A stretch of 64,000 bases of DNA from assembly GCA_973895155.1 (NCBI GenBank), contig OZ316892.1:7857251-7921250 (forward strand). The letters run 5' to 3'. Positions 11,375-21,935 of this stretch are shown here, one piece after another. The stretch's first letter is position 1, and each line of letters starts with the position of its first letter. Made by a program: the position numbers and the translations under genes. The notes beneath the pieces are model-generated. The model was not told the origin of the DNA. It saw only the letters and a program-made list of their open reading frames with translations, and did not search any database. This stretch comes from Marsupella aquatica. Its lineage: Eukaryota > Plantae > Marchantiophyta.

Positions 11375-11670
11375 TTTTGGATTCGGATCATCCTAGTCCA
11401 ATTGTGGGTTGTCTCTTGAGACCTCATTTTGACTCAAAGTTGAATGTGGATTCGGATCATCCCAGTCCAACTATACATTGGTAACTTTGGACTTGAAGTT
11501 GAAGTTGGATTGAGATCATCCCAATCCAACTATATGTTGACAACGTTGGAGACTTGATTTTGGGCGAAGGTGAATTTGGATTGGGATCATTCCAATCCAA
11601 CTGTATCTTGGCATGTCCAGAGACCTCATCTGGACCTTGAAGTGGATTTGGATCATCCCAATCCCACTGT
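11375..11670. repeat. Tandem array of 5 units (~60-70 bp), each with the palindromic core TTGGATTGGGATCATCCCAATCCAA
   Basis: Cores at about 11378, 11447, 11506, 11576 and 11643; a further copy at about 12269-12291. Confidence 0.8.
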
Positions 11671-11748
11671 ATGTTGGTGACTTCACCTGCGTAGCGGGGT
11701 GGACGTGAAGAACTTGGACCTACTGGAGCAGTATACCAGCCCGAGAGA

Positions 11749-12060
11749 GTGCTACTAGATACTGGTGCCCAACCCTTGATGTTGGGTAAGTCTGCGGTAC
11801 AAGGATTGGGATTGGGATCTAGAGGAATGTCCCTTTCCTATTCAAACTTCATTAGGGGGACCTACACCACACAACACATCACCAGACGATCACTTGACTT
11901 GAGAATTCAGGAGGGTCATGCCAAGGATAGCTCTCACATACAGACGTGAGCTATTCTGACTAAGGCGGAGTCCTATGATGTGTTGGTGGGATCGATGTAC
12001 ATGCTTTACCTCATGGGATTCATTCTTGATTTTTGGGATGAATCAGTTTCTTATCGACCT
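11749..12060 (+). pseudogene. Retroviral-type aspartic protease remnant of the Gypsy pol
   Basis: VLLDTGAQPLMLG active-site motif; downstream SYDVLVG resembles the ILG flap region; frameshifted. Confidence 0.75.
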
Positions 12061-12419
12061 GATTGGCAGTCTGAAAATGCTCGATTAAGCAGATTGCCAG
12101 TGTGATTTAGTGGACCTATGGGAGGCCCTAAATCTGCATCATTATCGTTGGCAACATTCAGTGGAGTGATTATTGGACCTAATGATTTGATTGAGAGTAA
12201 TGCACATGCAACAGATGTTTCATCAGTGGAGGAGTCACATGAGGAGCACATGGTGCGGAGGAGAAACCTGGATTGGGATCCCAATCCAAGTAGAGTTGTG
12301 CTACAAGTATGGGGTGCTGCATAGGCCTTGCCGCAAAGGGCAGCATAATTGGTACATGATGCATGGCATCATGCTTTTACACCACAATCGGAGCAGAGTA
12401 GGCTCCTACAAGTGGGCCA

Positions 12420-12816
12420 GTGACTCTTTCACCATTGGATATCACCCCTATTGCGTGGCAGTATCCACCAAAGGGTATTTGTTTGTTGGATCTATTTGGT
12501 GGGATTAGCATTGGATTGGCTGTTGTTCTTCAAGCAGGAATTTCTGTGCGTTGTTATTTGTATGTGGAGATGGATGAGATAGCACGGAGGGTCTCATTGC
12601 GGCATGTGGCTATGTTGGTGGATAGATATCCATAGTTGCTGCCAGTGGATGTTGTTTGTGGTTATCAGCATGCACTACTTACAGATATTTCATTGTTGGG
12701 GGCGGATCATTTGTATCGTGTTGGCCCCATTGATTTGGTGATTGCTGGTTGGCCATGTCATGGCCAATCTAGAGCTGGTGTTGGGCATGGCCTTCATGAT
12801 CCACGCTCTGCATTAT
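12420..12816 (+). pseudogene. DNMT3-like C5 cytosine methyltransferase, N-terminal half (motifs I-V), within Gypsy pol
   Basis: LLDLFGGI (I), LYVEMD (II), TDI (III), IDLVIAGWPCHG (IV, catalytic PC), GLHDPRSALF (V). One in-frame TAG at 12633-12635. Confidence 0.9.
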
Positions 12817-14295
12817 TTACGGACCCCCATTAGGGGTCTCTTGCAAATTCTCTTCCAGGAGGTTGCGCCACATCATCACAACTAGCCACAAATAGGAATG
12901 ATCCTACTTTTAACAATAACAAACGTGCACATTCCTGTTTGTGGCAAAAGCAACGTAATTTTTGGGGCGCCATGCCGTAAATACTAAACGTAAAAAAACC
13001 AAAATACAAAGGAAGAGATGTCATTTAGTAAAATAAAGTTACCATTTTGATGTTTGTCAAAGATATATCAATGTTTTATATCAAAATGTTTGTATTTTTT
13101 AATTGTTTACAAGTTTGAAAAAATTAATCGATAGAAATGTACATAATTAAAACCTATTTGGCTTCACATTGTAAAACTAAATAATAAATCTCCTTAGTAC
13201 TTGATAAAATTTTCCAATGTTTGATTCATTGGAAAATTCAAGATTTTGAAACTTGTGATCTCTTTAGTAATGTCTTGATAAAATCTCTCAATGTCACTCA
13301 TTGGAAAGCTAGAGTAAAATTAAAAACTCATCATCTCTTTCGTACTTGACAAAATCTATCAATGTTAGGTTCATTGGAAAGCTAGAGAAATTTAGATACT
13401 CATGATCTTCCTATTTCTTGACAAATAATCTCAATGTCACACATTAGAAAGCTAAAACGATTGAAAATCTCCTGATCTCTTGAGCACCGTGATAAAATCT
13501 GACATAAAATTTGTAAATGTCAGACTCAATGTTAGAAAGCTAAAAGAATTCATGAACTCATAATCAAATTTTTTTATACTAACACTCATTGGAAAGACAA
13601 AGATGTTCAAAACTCATATGGAACTTGACAAAATTTGTCAATTTGAGGCTCATTGGAAACCCTTTCTCGAATAAGAGATATCACAATCTCGTCACCATCA
13701 CAAACTTAGCCGCTACAAATTGATTTCTTTGATTATGTCACCATCGCTTGTCCACAATGCTTGCTTCCCAGCTTGAATTGTTTGCATCTCTTAGATAGTC
13801 TTCAACTAAAGCTCACTCTGAACACAGGTTGACGCCAAATGCAACCTCTATGTCAAAGAAACAATTGTTGGTCTTCCCCTCACACCATAGCTTTCTTAAA
13901 TAAAAATAACTACAAATCCTTTGTTTGAAGTGACGGCTCGTTCATTTTGTGTGAACATTCTTCCCACCAAATTGACAAGTGTTCTTTTGCCAACAGCTGA
14001 GTGTTGTGCTCTAGTCTGTCTTGTGGCGGTAATGCTCAATGTAACTCACAAACAATCAATCAAGAATGGTTGAAAGATTATTTCTCCAATATGTAAGCAA
14101 AACCTATAAGAAAACTCAATTCCTCCACATTCAACCTTTCATTTGATTAATCTCTATCTTTTGAGCATTTGTTTTTGTACGAGCAAACACCAACACCATC
14201 GGGAGACTCAAATTAAACCGTTGGTTACCGCCTTGATGAAAATTGATTTCACTTAATCACACAAACATTCCTTGGATGAACATGGGGGTCCACGA
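12817..14295. mobile_element. AT-rich non-autonomous TIR element inserted in the DNMT domain
   Basis: Termini TTACGGACCCCCAT and ATGGGGGTCCACGA form an imperfect 14-bp TIR; flanks are ATTAT/ATTAA. Removing it restores ...DPRSALF|WEMLRVLRHLQ... in frame. Confidence 0.75.
13190..13660 (+). repeat. Tandem ~57-60 bp repeat inside the TIR insert
   Basis: About 7-8 copies of CTTGA(T/C)AAAAT..TCAATGT..CATTGGAAAGCTA..AAAACTCATGATCTC. Confidence 0.8.
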
Positions 14296-14300
14296 ATTAA

Positions 14301-14930
14301 TTTGGGAGATGTTACGGGTGTTGCGTCATCTCCAGCTACATCAGACATAGTCTCCTGCATACATTTTGGAGAATGTGCCATTGTTAGGTGATGATCATCG
14401 TCAAATTGTTGCTAGTGTTCACCAGGTGAGGTCTTGGATTGGACCTGTTGTGTTATTGGATGCTGCACGTGTGGGTTCTCATGCACATCGTCCACGCTTG
14501 TGGTGGACTAATTTGATCCCATGTGAGGTGCTGAAGCGCGCATTTGACAGCATTCCACGCTCAACAGCCTTAGTGGTGGATGATATTTTGGATCCAGGGC
14601 GTCGTGCACAGGGTGTGACCCAACCTGACAGACCTCCATTGGCAATGGTCAATGTCGTTGGGCGCCCACGTTGTGCATTACCCACTCTTGTGAGCCACTC
14701 TGCTTCATATGCATTCAGAGCAGGTGGCCCTGGACTTGTGTGGGACACAACTCTCTAGCAATTAGTGGAACCTACTGCTGATGAGAGGGAGCGTGCTATG
14801 GGATTTTTGACAGGCACCACTGTAGTTGCCTTGGTGTTAGAGAGTTCACGCCGCCAGGTCCTTGGTCAAACAATGGATTTGAATTGCTTGACTTGGATTA
14901 TCAGCTTGGGAGTCGCTGAACAGTTGCATA
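14301..14930 (+). pseudogene. DNMT3-like C5 cytosine methyltransferase, C-terminal half (motifs VI-X)
   Basis: YILENV (VI), LDAA (VII), AHRPRLWWTNL (VIII; compare DNMT3 AHRARYFWGNL), ADERERAMGF (IX), RRQVLGQTM (X; compare RQRLLGRSW). Contains in-frame stops. Confidence 0.9.
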
Positions 14931-15145
14931 TGCGCTCTGCTGGTGTTACTAATCATCCATTAGTGAGCTTGCGGTCCACTGAGATAGTGATGACCACAGC
15001 TGGGGGCGAGGAGACAGTCCATGGACCTATGGCAGGACTGGCCAAGGCTGGACAGATTGTTGAGCAAGAAGGGGCTGCTCAATCTACTGCTAAATAGCAA
15101 TCATCGGCTATCTCTTCTACCCTACAAAAAGATATTAGGGATCTG

Positions 15146-16185
15146 GTGGAGAGTTGGGAGCCACATATTGGTCCTAAGTTGACAGGGGAGGAGAGACGTC
15201 GCATGCATCGATTCCTGAAGAGTTACTGGAATTGTTTTGCATTCAGCATGAAGGATTTGGGGACATTGAAGGGCCCTGGTATTCAAATTGAATTGGCTAG
15301 TGATACGCCAATCTTTCGTAGACCATACCGTTATAGTGACATGGAGAGAGCTCTGATTCAAAGCAGAACTCAAGATTTGTTGGAGATTGGATTGGTGGAG
15401 ATTTCATATGGGGAGTATGCATCTGCCACAATGATGCCAGCCAAGAAAGATGTGCATGGCAATTGCATAGATAGGCGCATGTGTGGTGATTACAGACCTA
15501 TTAATCGCCAGACAAAATCTGATCGATATGCCATGCCCACACCTGAGGAGATCTTTGATGTTATGGGGCATGCAAAGGTTTTCAGTTCATTGGATCTGAG
15601 GGTAGGGTACCATCAGCTTCCAATTAGGCATGCTGACAGGTCCAAGACAGCATTCTGGGGGATTGATTCTTATGGCAAAGATCATTTGTATCAGTGGTTG
15701 TTCTTACCATTTGGGTTGAAGAATGCACCAGTTGAGTTCCAGAGAGTCGTGGATTGAATCCTTGCAGGTTTAAATTTTGTCAGATGTTATATTGATGATA
15801 TTTTGGTCTATTCTTCCACTCTGGAAGAACATCAGTAGCACTTGCAGATTGTGTTGGAGAGATTGAGAGAACATGGGTTGAAACTCCATCCTAACAAGTG
15901 TAAGTTCTTCCAAGACCAGATTGAGTATTTGGGCCACACTATATACCTAGGGGGATTGGGTGTACAACAGACTAAAGTGGAGGCCATTACACAGATTCTT
16001 TGTCCTACTGATGTGAGTAGAGTTCGTGTTCTTGGGATTGACGAGCTACTACAGGAGGTACGTTAAAGGATTTAGCCAGCTTGCTAAAGCTTTAACCATA
16101 CTTACTAAGTTGGATCAGAAGTGGATTTGGGGTGATGACCGGGAGCATGCCTTTCAAGATCTGAAAGAAAGATTGGCATCATCCC
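15146..16185 (+). pseudogene. Ty3/Gypsy reverse transcriptase (decayed)
   Basis: PIFRRPYR, RMCGDYRPIN, FSSLDLRVGYHQ, KTAF, LPFGLKNAP, YIDD, KCKF, YLGH, FLGLTSYYRRYV. Confidence 0.95.
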
Positions 16186-17675
16186 AATGGTGGACCTTGC
16201 CACCCAGTGCCCTCACCAATCCCAGCACTTGCGCCTAGCCCTTGGTGCCTGAACGCCTCCACGGAATACCTCGAGCAAACATCCAAGTGCCTCTAGCACC
16301 ACTAGCGGCCACTCCCATACGAAGCCGCACTTGCTCACCTACACGACCGCTACTCAACGGTCCTCACTGTTTGTACAAACAACCAAGCGCCTTGGTAAGT
16401 AACCCCTTCGGATCTAGAACCTGCCAAGTCTAGCATCCTAACTCAAGCTCAACAGACATTGGTAAATAGGTCAGCAATAGGTCCTCCCGATGCCATAAGC
16501 CGGAACCAGAACCCACGCCCACTGTCCGTCCAGGACAGCTCCTTCCTTGGGCGCGGCCCGGGTTCCCCCTCGTACCTATCCATCACCAACTGACCGCCCT
16601 GACCCTAGGACATGCTCATGGCCCAAATAGCGTAGCTTGTCCTAAAGCTTATCCCAATCTTGTCTTAACACGCCGGGACCAGAACGGCCCCGACTCTAAC
16701 ACCGACTCCCGGTTTTCCCCACTGATAGTCTAGGGACCGAGCGCTCTTGGGACTCAGCCTCCATACCTACTTGGCCTTGCCTCCCCAACGCAAGCTCCCT
16801 TGGGAGACTGAACGCGGCTTGGCTGCTGTTCGGCAGGATTTGGTACACGGGCGAGCTAACACCCGCTAACCACGAGAACCCATGGCACCCCCAGACCCAG
16901 CTGAGCTCAGGAGGGCGTAGCCCTCTTCAAGAGATTTCCAACGCACCTAAGAAGTCTTCCAACGAACTTCCCGTTGGGAAGATATTGCCATTTCCGTTTG
17001 GCGGTTTTCCTTAGTGTCGCGACCGTCGCGGCTCACGACTTCGGTTCGCCCTTAGCCCCCAGGGAGACACCACTCCTCTCATATATGCTTCTGGAGACCT
17101 GCCACCCTCGGACCAGCTTTGGTCCCTAAACATTTGGCCCCCAACCCGGATACCATCGCGCATAATGGGCGCACCACCAACTGGCAACGCCCATAACTTT
17201 CTTGATAGACATCCGCAAGCGGAGTGCCTTCGCCCATTGTGACCGGGCCGGCCCAGTGCTCATGCCTAGGCTCTCAGGTCTGATCGCCACTCGGGACCCC
17301 CGATCGGCCCAACCCGGCTCGGGCCACAACTTGCGCCCCAAGCGTCCGTTGCCAATGGCATCAACTCCATTGGCCTTGGCCCAAGAGGAGCTCACTCCCT
17401 ATCCCTCAGATCTCAAAGCCCATCCGATGGTCCGGACGGCCACCCTTGAGCCCGGCCCATTTCTCCTTGACCCAACCAGCCATAGGCTAGTCCAAGTCCT
17501 TAGTGTGTGTCCCCAGCTTGGTCCTTTGCCTTGCTAGTGCCACGTCTCATTGTCCACAAGTCTCCCCATGCTAAGTCCTCCCCGGATGGCCTATCCGGGC
17601 CTGGACCATAAGGGAGCTTGGCGTTGGAGTCAGCGACGCCGGAGCTAAGTGTTAAGGTAGTCGAGTTCCGCGACT
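16186..17675. mobile_element. 1.49-kb GC-rich insertion (probable solo LTR with non-TG/CA ends) between RT and RNase H
   Basis: Perfect 5-bp TSD ATCCC (16181-16185 and 17676-17680); removal restores LKERLASSP|ILRRP. Ends AATGGTGGACCT and AGTTCCGCGACT are an imperfect inverted pair. TATA-like CATATATG near 17080. Confidence 0.8.
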
Positions 17676-17680
17676 ATCCC

Positions 17681-18085
17681 CTATTTTGAGAAGACCCATT
17701 TCAAGGAGACCATTTCAGCTACACACTGATTGAAGTGGAGTAGGACTTGGAGCAATGCTAACTAAGAAGAATGATGAGGGGAATGAGTTTGTTGTGGCTT
17801 ATGCCAGTAGATCAAACAATTCAGCAAAGGCTAAGTATAGCTCTTATGAGGGAGAGTGTTTGGCAGCAGTATGGGTTGTTGCACACTTTTGTTGCTACTT
17901 GTTTGGTAACCCCTTCACCTTGATCATTGATCATTAGCCTCTCAAGTGGTTAATGGAGTCTGACAAGCTTACAGGGAAGCTTGCACGATGGGCATTATTG
18001 TTATAGGAGTATGATTTCCAGGTGGTGCATAGACAAGGAAAAGTGAAATTGGACGCAGATGGATTGAGCCGCAATCCATGTACCA
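17681..18085 (+). pseudogene. Ty3/Gypsy RNase H (decayed)
   Basis: FQLHTD*SGVGLGAML, VVAYASR, YSSYEGECLAAVW, IDH*PL, ADGLSR. Confidence 0.9.
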
Positions 18086-18429
18086 GCCAGGAGGATGAGA
18101 CTGGAGCCAGATGGCACGATGATTCAGATAAGGAGATGGTGCTAGGATGGCATGCATCTGCCTTCCTTTGTTGGGTCCAGCATGCAGTGGATTTGTGGAC
18201 TCTACTTCATTGGATGAAGCAAATGATGAGTCTACAGATATGGATGTTGGTGAGGTTGTGGTTGGACAACAGGATATTTACAATGATGAGAGAGTGTTGG
18301 AATATATGCACATTGGTTCTATTGGTGGCAGTGTTGATGCCAAGGAGCGTGACAAGGTTATGCAAAGAGCCAAGAGGTTTTGATGGGAAGGAAACCATCT
18401 TTTGAGAGTACTACGTGATGGTAAGGTAT

Positions 18430-19574
18430 TGGTGGTACCAAAACCATCACAACGAGTACATTTGGTGCGACATGCGCACGAGGAGTGGGTAATTTTGGTG
18501 TGAAGCGCACTTACAGTTTGCTGCAGACATAGTATTGGTGGTGTGGTATGCACACTCATGTCCAGCAACTGATAGCTAAGTGTGTGGTATGTGATAGAGT
18601 GAGAGCATCATTTAATGCTCCCACTCCCCAGTTACATCCGTTGCCGATCATGGGTTTAGGATATCGTTGGAGTTTGGATTTTGCTGGTCCATTACCTCTT
18701 ACCCAACGTCATAATTGGTATGTTTTGGTCACGGTGGAGCATTTCTCCAAGTGGATTGAGCTAGTGGCGTTGCTAGATAAAGCTAGCGGAGGAGTTGCTG
18801 CCACATTTTTGGATCGTGTACTTAGTCATTTTGGAGCACTAGCGTGAGGTGTTGACTGATCAGGGAACTGAGTTCCATGGAGAGTTTGAGAGTTTGTGTG
18901 AGCAAGCTTTGATTGATCATCGTACTACTTCTCGTGACCATCCTGAGGTAGATGGATTGACTGAAAGAGTAGTGCAAACTGTGAAGAGAGGATTGCGCAA
19001 GTATGGCTTGCAAGTTGGTCATCTAGGAGATTGGGATCTCCAATTACCTTGGTTAGCTATGGGCTGCTATTTCAGCCGACAAGCATCACTTGCATCCTTC
19101 TCACCTTATTTCTTGCTCTATGGTAAAGAGCCAGATTTGCCGGTAGCTATTTGTCGTGATATTGCATTGGTTGTGAACTTGGATAATCATGATGTTTGGA
19201 TCAAGGTTTGTTCAGAGAGGGCAAGGATTTTTGAGAGAGTCATGCCCATGGCCTTTGATAACCTTGCCATTGCCCAACATCGTGATACTTTGCGGTATGC
19301 CACTATTTGTGGAGGGGGTTATTGTGCAAGGATCCGACGATTTCATCCAGGTGATTATATTTATTTGCAGCAGACAGCACCAATGACACTTGATGTGACC
19401 GCAGGTCGGACCATTTTGTGTGTGCATGAAGTGTTGCCTTATGGTGTCCTGATGTTGGAGGGACGTGATGGTATGGTTTGGAAGGATCGTGTGCGCAACT
19501 ATGCACCGTGTCATCTTCCAAACATTGATGGTACAATAGATCCAAGCTTAGCCCATGTTCGTGCTGGCTTGAAG
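18430..19574 (+). pseudogene. Ty3/Gypsy integrase (decayed)
   Basis: HHCC zinc-binding region (HAHEE...CVVC), SLDFAGP, VEHFSKW, LTDQGTEF, GLTERVVQT, SPYFLLYG. Confidence 0.92.
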
Positions 19575-19715
19575 TGTATGTTGTGTGGATTTGCTCAAGG
19601 AGCAGCTACTATATTGATTTGTGATAAGTGTTTTAGAGGATGACACATGTCGTGTTTGACACCACCATTGGAAGTGATTCCTAGTGGATCATGGCTTTGT
19701 TCTCAGTGTTGGTGA
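19575..19715 (+). pseudogene. PHD finger fused to the integrase C-terminus
   Basis: CMLC...ILICDKCFRG*HMSCLTPPLEVIPSGSWLCSQCW* is a C4HC3 PHD pattern; the internal TGA is most simply a mutated TGG (GWH). Confidence 0.9.
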
Positions 19716-19890
19716 TGCCAACTAGTTATCATTTGCGTTCTCTTAGCATATATGGATTGCAGGTAGGTGATCGATGGGGCTCACTTGCACCCGGCCTCTT
19801 GATCTTCACACCTAAAAAGGTGTATATCAACCTTGTAGAACTTATGGCTAGCTAGAGTTAGGGGACCTTATTCCCAGCTAGGGGGACGAT

Positions 19891-20382
19891 TGTGGGTTTT
19901 GGACATGTGTGGACATCAGTTCCACTTGTATTCCATTCTCTTGTGTTTGTGACATGGCAGTGTGACTATGTCTGGATGTATGTGACAAGCGATGTATGTT
20001 GTGTAGCGATGTGTATGTAGATGACAAATTGAAACTTTTATCATTTCATTGAAAAATGCCTACTCGTACAGAAAAACTCAACCTACATCCTAGTCATGGT
20101 TTCCTTTAGGAACCATAGAGTGAGCCATGTCATGCAATGCAAGGTGCAAGCTCATCTTACCATGGTATAGGAAAGAGACAGACCCTGACTATAAAGAAGC
20201 CCATTCACTCAAGATACCATTTCAAAATTGTCAAACTGTTGCCGGAAGCAAAGTCTTATGGACTCAAACTTTTTAGACGTAAGATTCGTATGGGGCTTGT
20301 ATTTAGGTAGCTTGTAATTTCTTATGTCCTGGTCATAAAACAACTTTATGGCCTTGGGCTGTATCTAATATATGGAGTTGTT
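19891..20382 (+). repeat. Probable 3' LTR of the DNMT-Gypsy, interrupted by the DNA transposon (may resume at 38604 to ~38649)
   Basis: Starts with TG directly after the PPT; CTATAAAG TATA-like at ~20189; sequence past the right TSD ends ...TGTTACA at 38649. No 5' LTR is available for comparison. Confidence 0.5.
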
Positions 20383-20934
20383 CTCGGGGGTCTCACTCCG
20401 CGAAAATCTCATATCACGTGCGACGAAGTATAGGGTCCGTTAATTGGGTTTCTCGGAAGACTTAAGAAGATTTGTGTAAGAACAATAGGGTCAACTTTAT
20501 ATGTTGGACAACTTGTAAGAATAATAGGGATATTAATATTTTTGACTTTGTAGATGGAAGGCATACAAGGAAGTTAGGGGTCTTTGTGTCAGACTATATA
20601 AAGTACACGTGTCACTATGTCATTGGTACACGTGGCACACATAAAGTTTCCAATATATTTTCCTAAGTCATGTTTATGTTAACATGGCAAGAATTTGAGA
20701 ATGATTAAGTGGGTCTGGATTTTTGGGGACTCACGTTTAGGGTTTGACCGGGATTAAGTTTGAAATTGTTCCGTTTAACGTGTCTCGTTTCCCTCCACTA
20801 TCCCTTTGGCCCTTGTCAGTCTCCTCCCGTGTCATTTCCCTCCACTATCCCTTTGGCCCCACCCATTGTTTGCCTCAACACAGTCTCTTTTGTTTAGGCC
20901 TTGCAGCGAATGGTCTAAATGGGGTCTAACCGAG

Positions 20935-21460
20935 TGTGCTACTGCTTGGAGTGAAGAAGGATCGAGCGAGAGTGTCGTGCTCTCGGCTGCATTGCTGCTG
21001 CGGCTGCTTGGAGTGAAGAAGGATCGAGCGAGAGTGTCGTGCTCTCGGCTGCATTGCTGCTGCAGTTGCTTGGAGTGAAGAAGGATCGAGCGAGAGTGTT
21101 GTGCTCTCGGCTGCATTACTGCTATGGCTGCTTGGAGTGAAGGATCAAGCAAGAGTTCTCAGCTGCACTACTGCTTAGAGCAAAGGATCAAGCGAGAGTT
21201 GTCGGTTGCGTTGCTGGTGCTACGATGAAGGGGAGAGCGAGAGTGTTGCACTCTCGGCTGCGCTGCTGCCGCTGCTGCTTGGAGTGAAGGGGAGAGCAAG
21301 ACTTCTCAGTTGTGCTGCTGCTTGGAGTGAACTCGGGAGTGAAGGATTGAGCGAGACTTCTCAGCTGTGCTACTGCTTGGAGTGAACCCGAGAGTGAAGG
21401 ATCGAGCGAGAGTGTTGCGCTCTCGGCTGCGCTGCTGCTTGGAGTGAATGATCGGGCAAG
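20935..21460 (+). repeat. Subterminal tandem repeats (~57-60 bp) of the DNA transposon
   Basis: About 9 copies of GCTGCTTGGAGTGAAG(AAG)GATCGAGCGAGAGTGT(C/T)G(TG)C..TCTCGGCTGC; shorter GGGAGTG repeats continue to ~21780. Confidence 0.85.
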
Positions 21461-21935
21461 AGTATTGCGCTGCAAGGTTGGAGTGTATAGGTGCGTTGCC
21501 TACTGTCTGTGGTTGAGGGAGTGTGCTACGTTCCTCCTTGCTGAAATGATAGGGAACGTTTATGTGATTGCTGTGTTGTTGCTCAAACAGGGAGTGCGGG
21601 CGGGAGTGTGGCTGTTGCAAGTGCTGCGTTGCAGCTGCTCAAATAGGAGGTGGGTGCCGGGAGTGTGGCTCTGCTAGTTGTTGAAATGGGAGCGGGAGTG
21701 TTGCATTGCTACTTGCTCAAATAGGAGTGCCAGGAGTGCTGCCAGCATTGTTGTGTTGCTCAACCGGGAGGTGGGCGCTTCCTACTTTGACGATCGTAAG
21801 ACATGATCGGTAACAGATGAGGCTCGTTTGCTTTTTTCTCTTTTGTTTCTCAAGCTTCTGGGCAAGGGCATTACCATTCTGGATTGAACTTGGTCCTATT
21901 CAGGTTGAGCGATCGGGCTGCATTGTGTTGCAATC

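Larger units (their letters stand above)
11700..20382 (+). mobile_element. Decayed Ty3/Gypsy LTR retrotransposon encoding a DNMT3-like cytosine methyltransferase and a PHD finger (PR-DNMT-RT-RH-IN-PHD)
   Basis: Collinear + strand domains: protease LLDTGA, C5-MTase motifs I-X, RT (YIDD at 15788), RNase H, integrase and PHD. PPT AGGGGGACGAT at 19880-19890 is followed by TG. RT-RH-IN order is Ty3/Gypsy. Interrupted by two TSD-flanked inserts; gag and 5' LTR were not found. Confidence 0.9.

Noticed and set aside
11375-11670. CRISPR-like array (palindromic repeats with ~40-bp spacers)
   Set aside because: The spacers are related to each other, the repeats are degenerate, there are no cas genes and the context is eukaryotic TE DNA. 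It is a tandem repeat.
12420-14930. Host DNMT3/DRM gene or bacterial restriction-modification methylase
   Set aside because: It has no introns or regulatory domains, sits collinear between protease and RT, and decays like the rest of pol. The motif order is unpermuted, unlike DRM, and no restriction enzyme is nearby.
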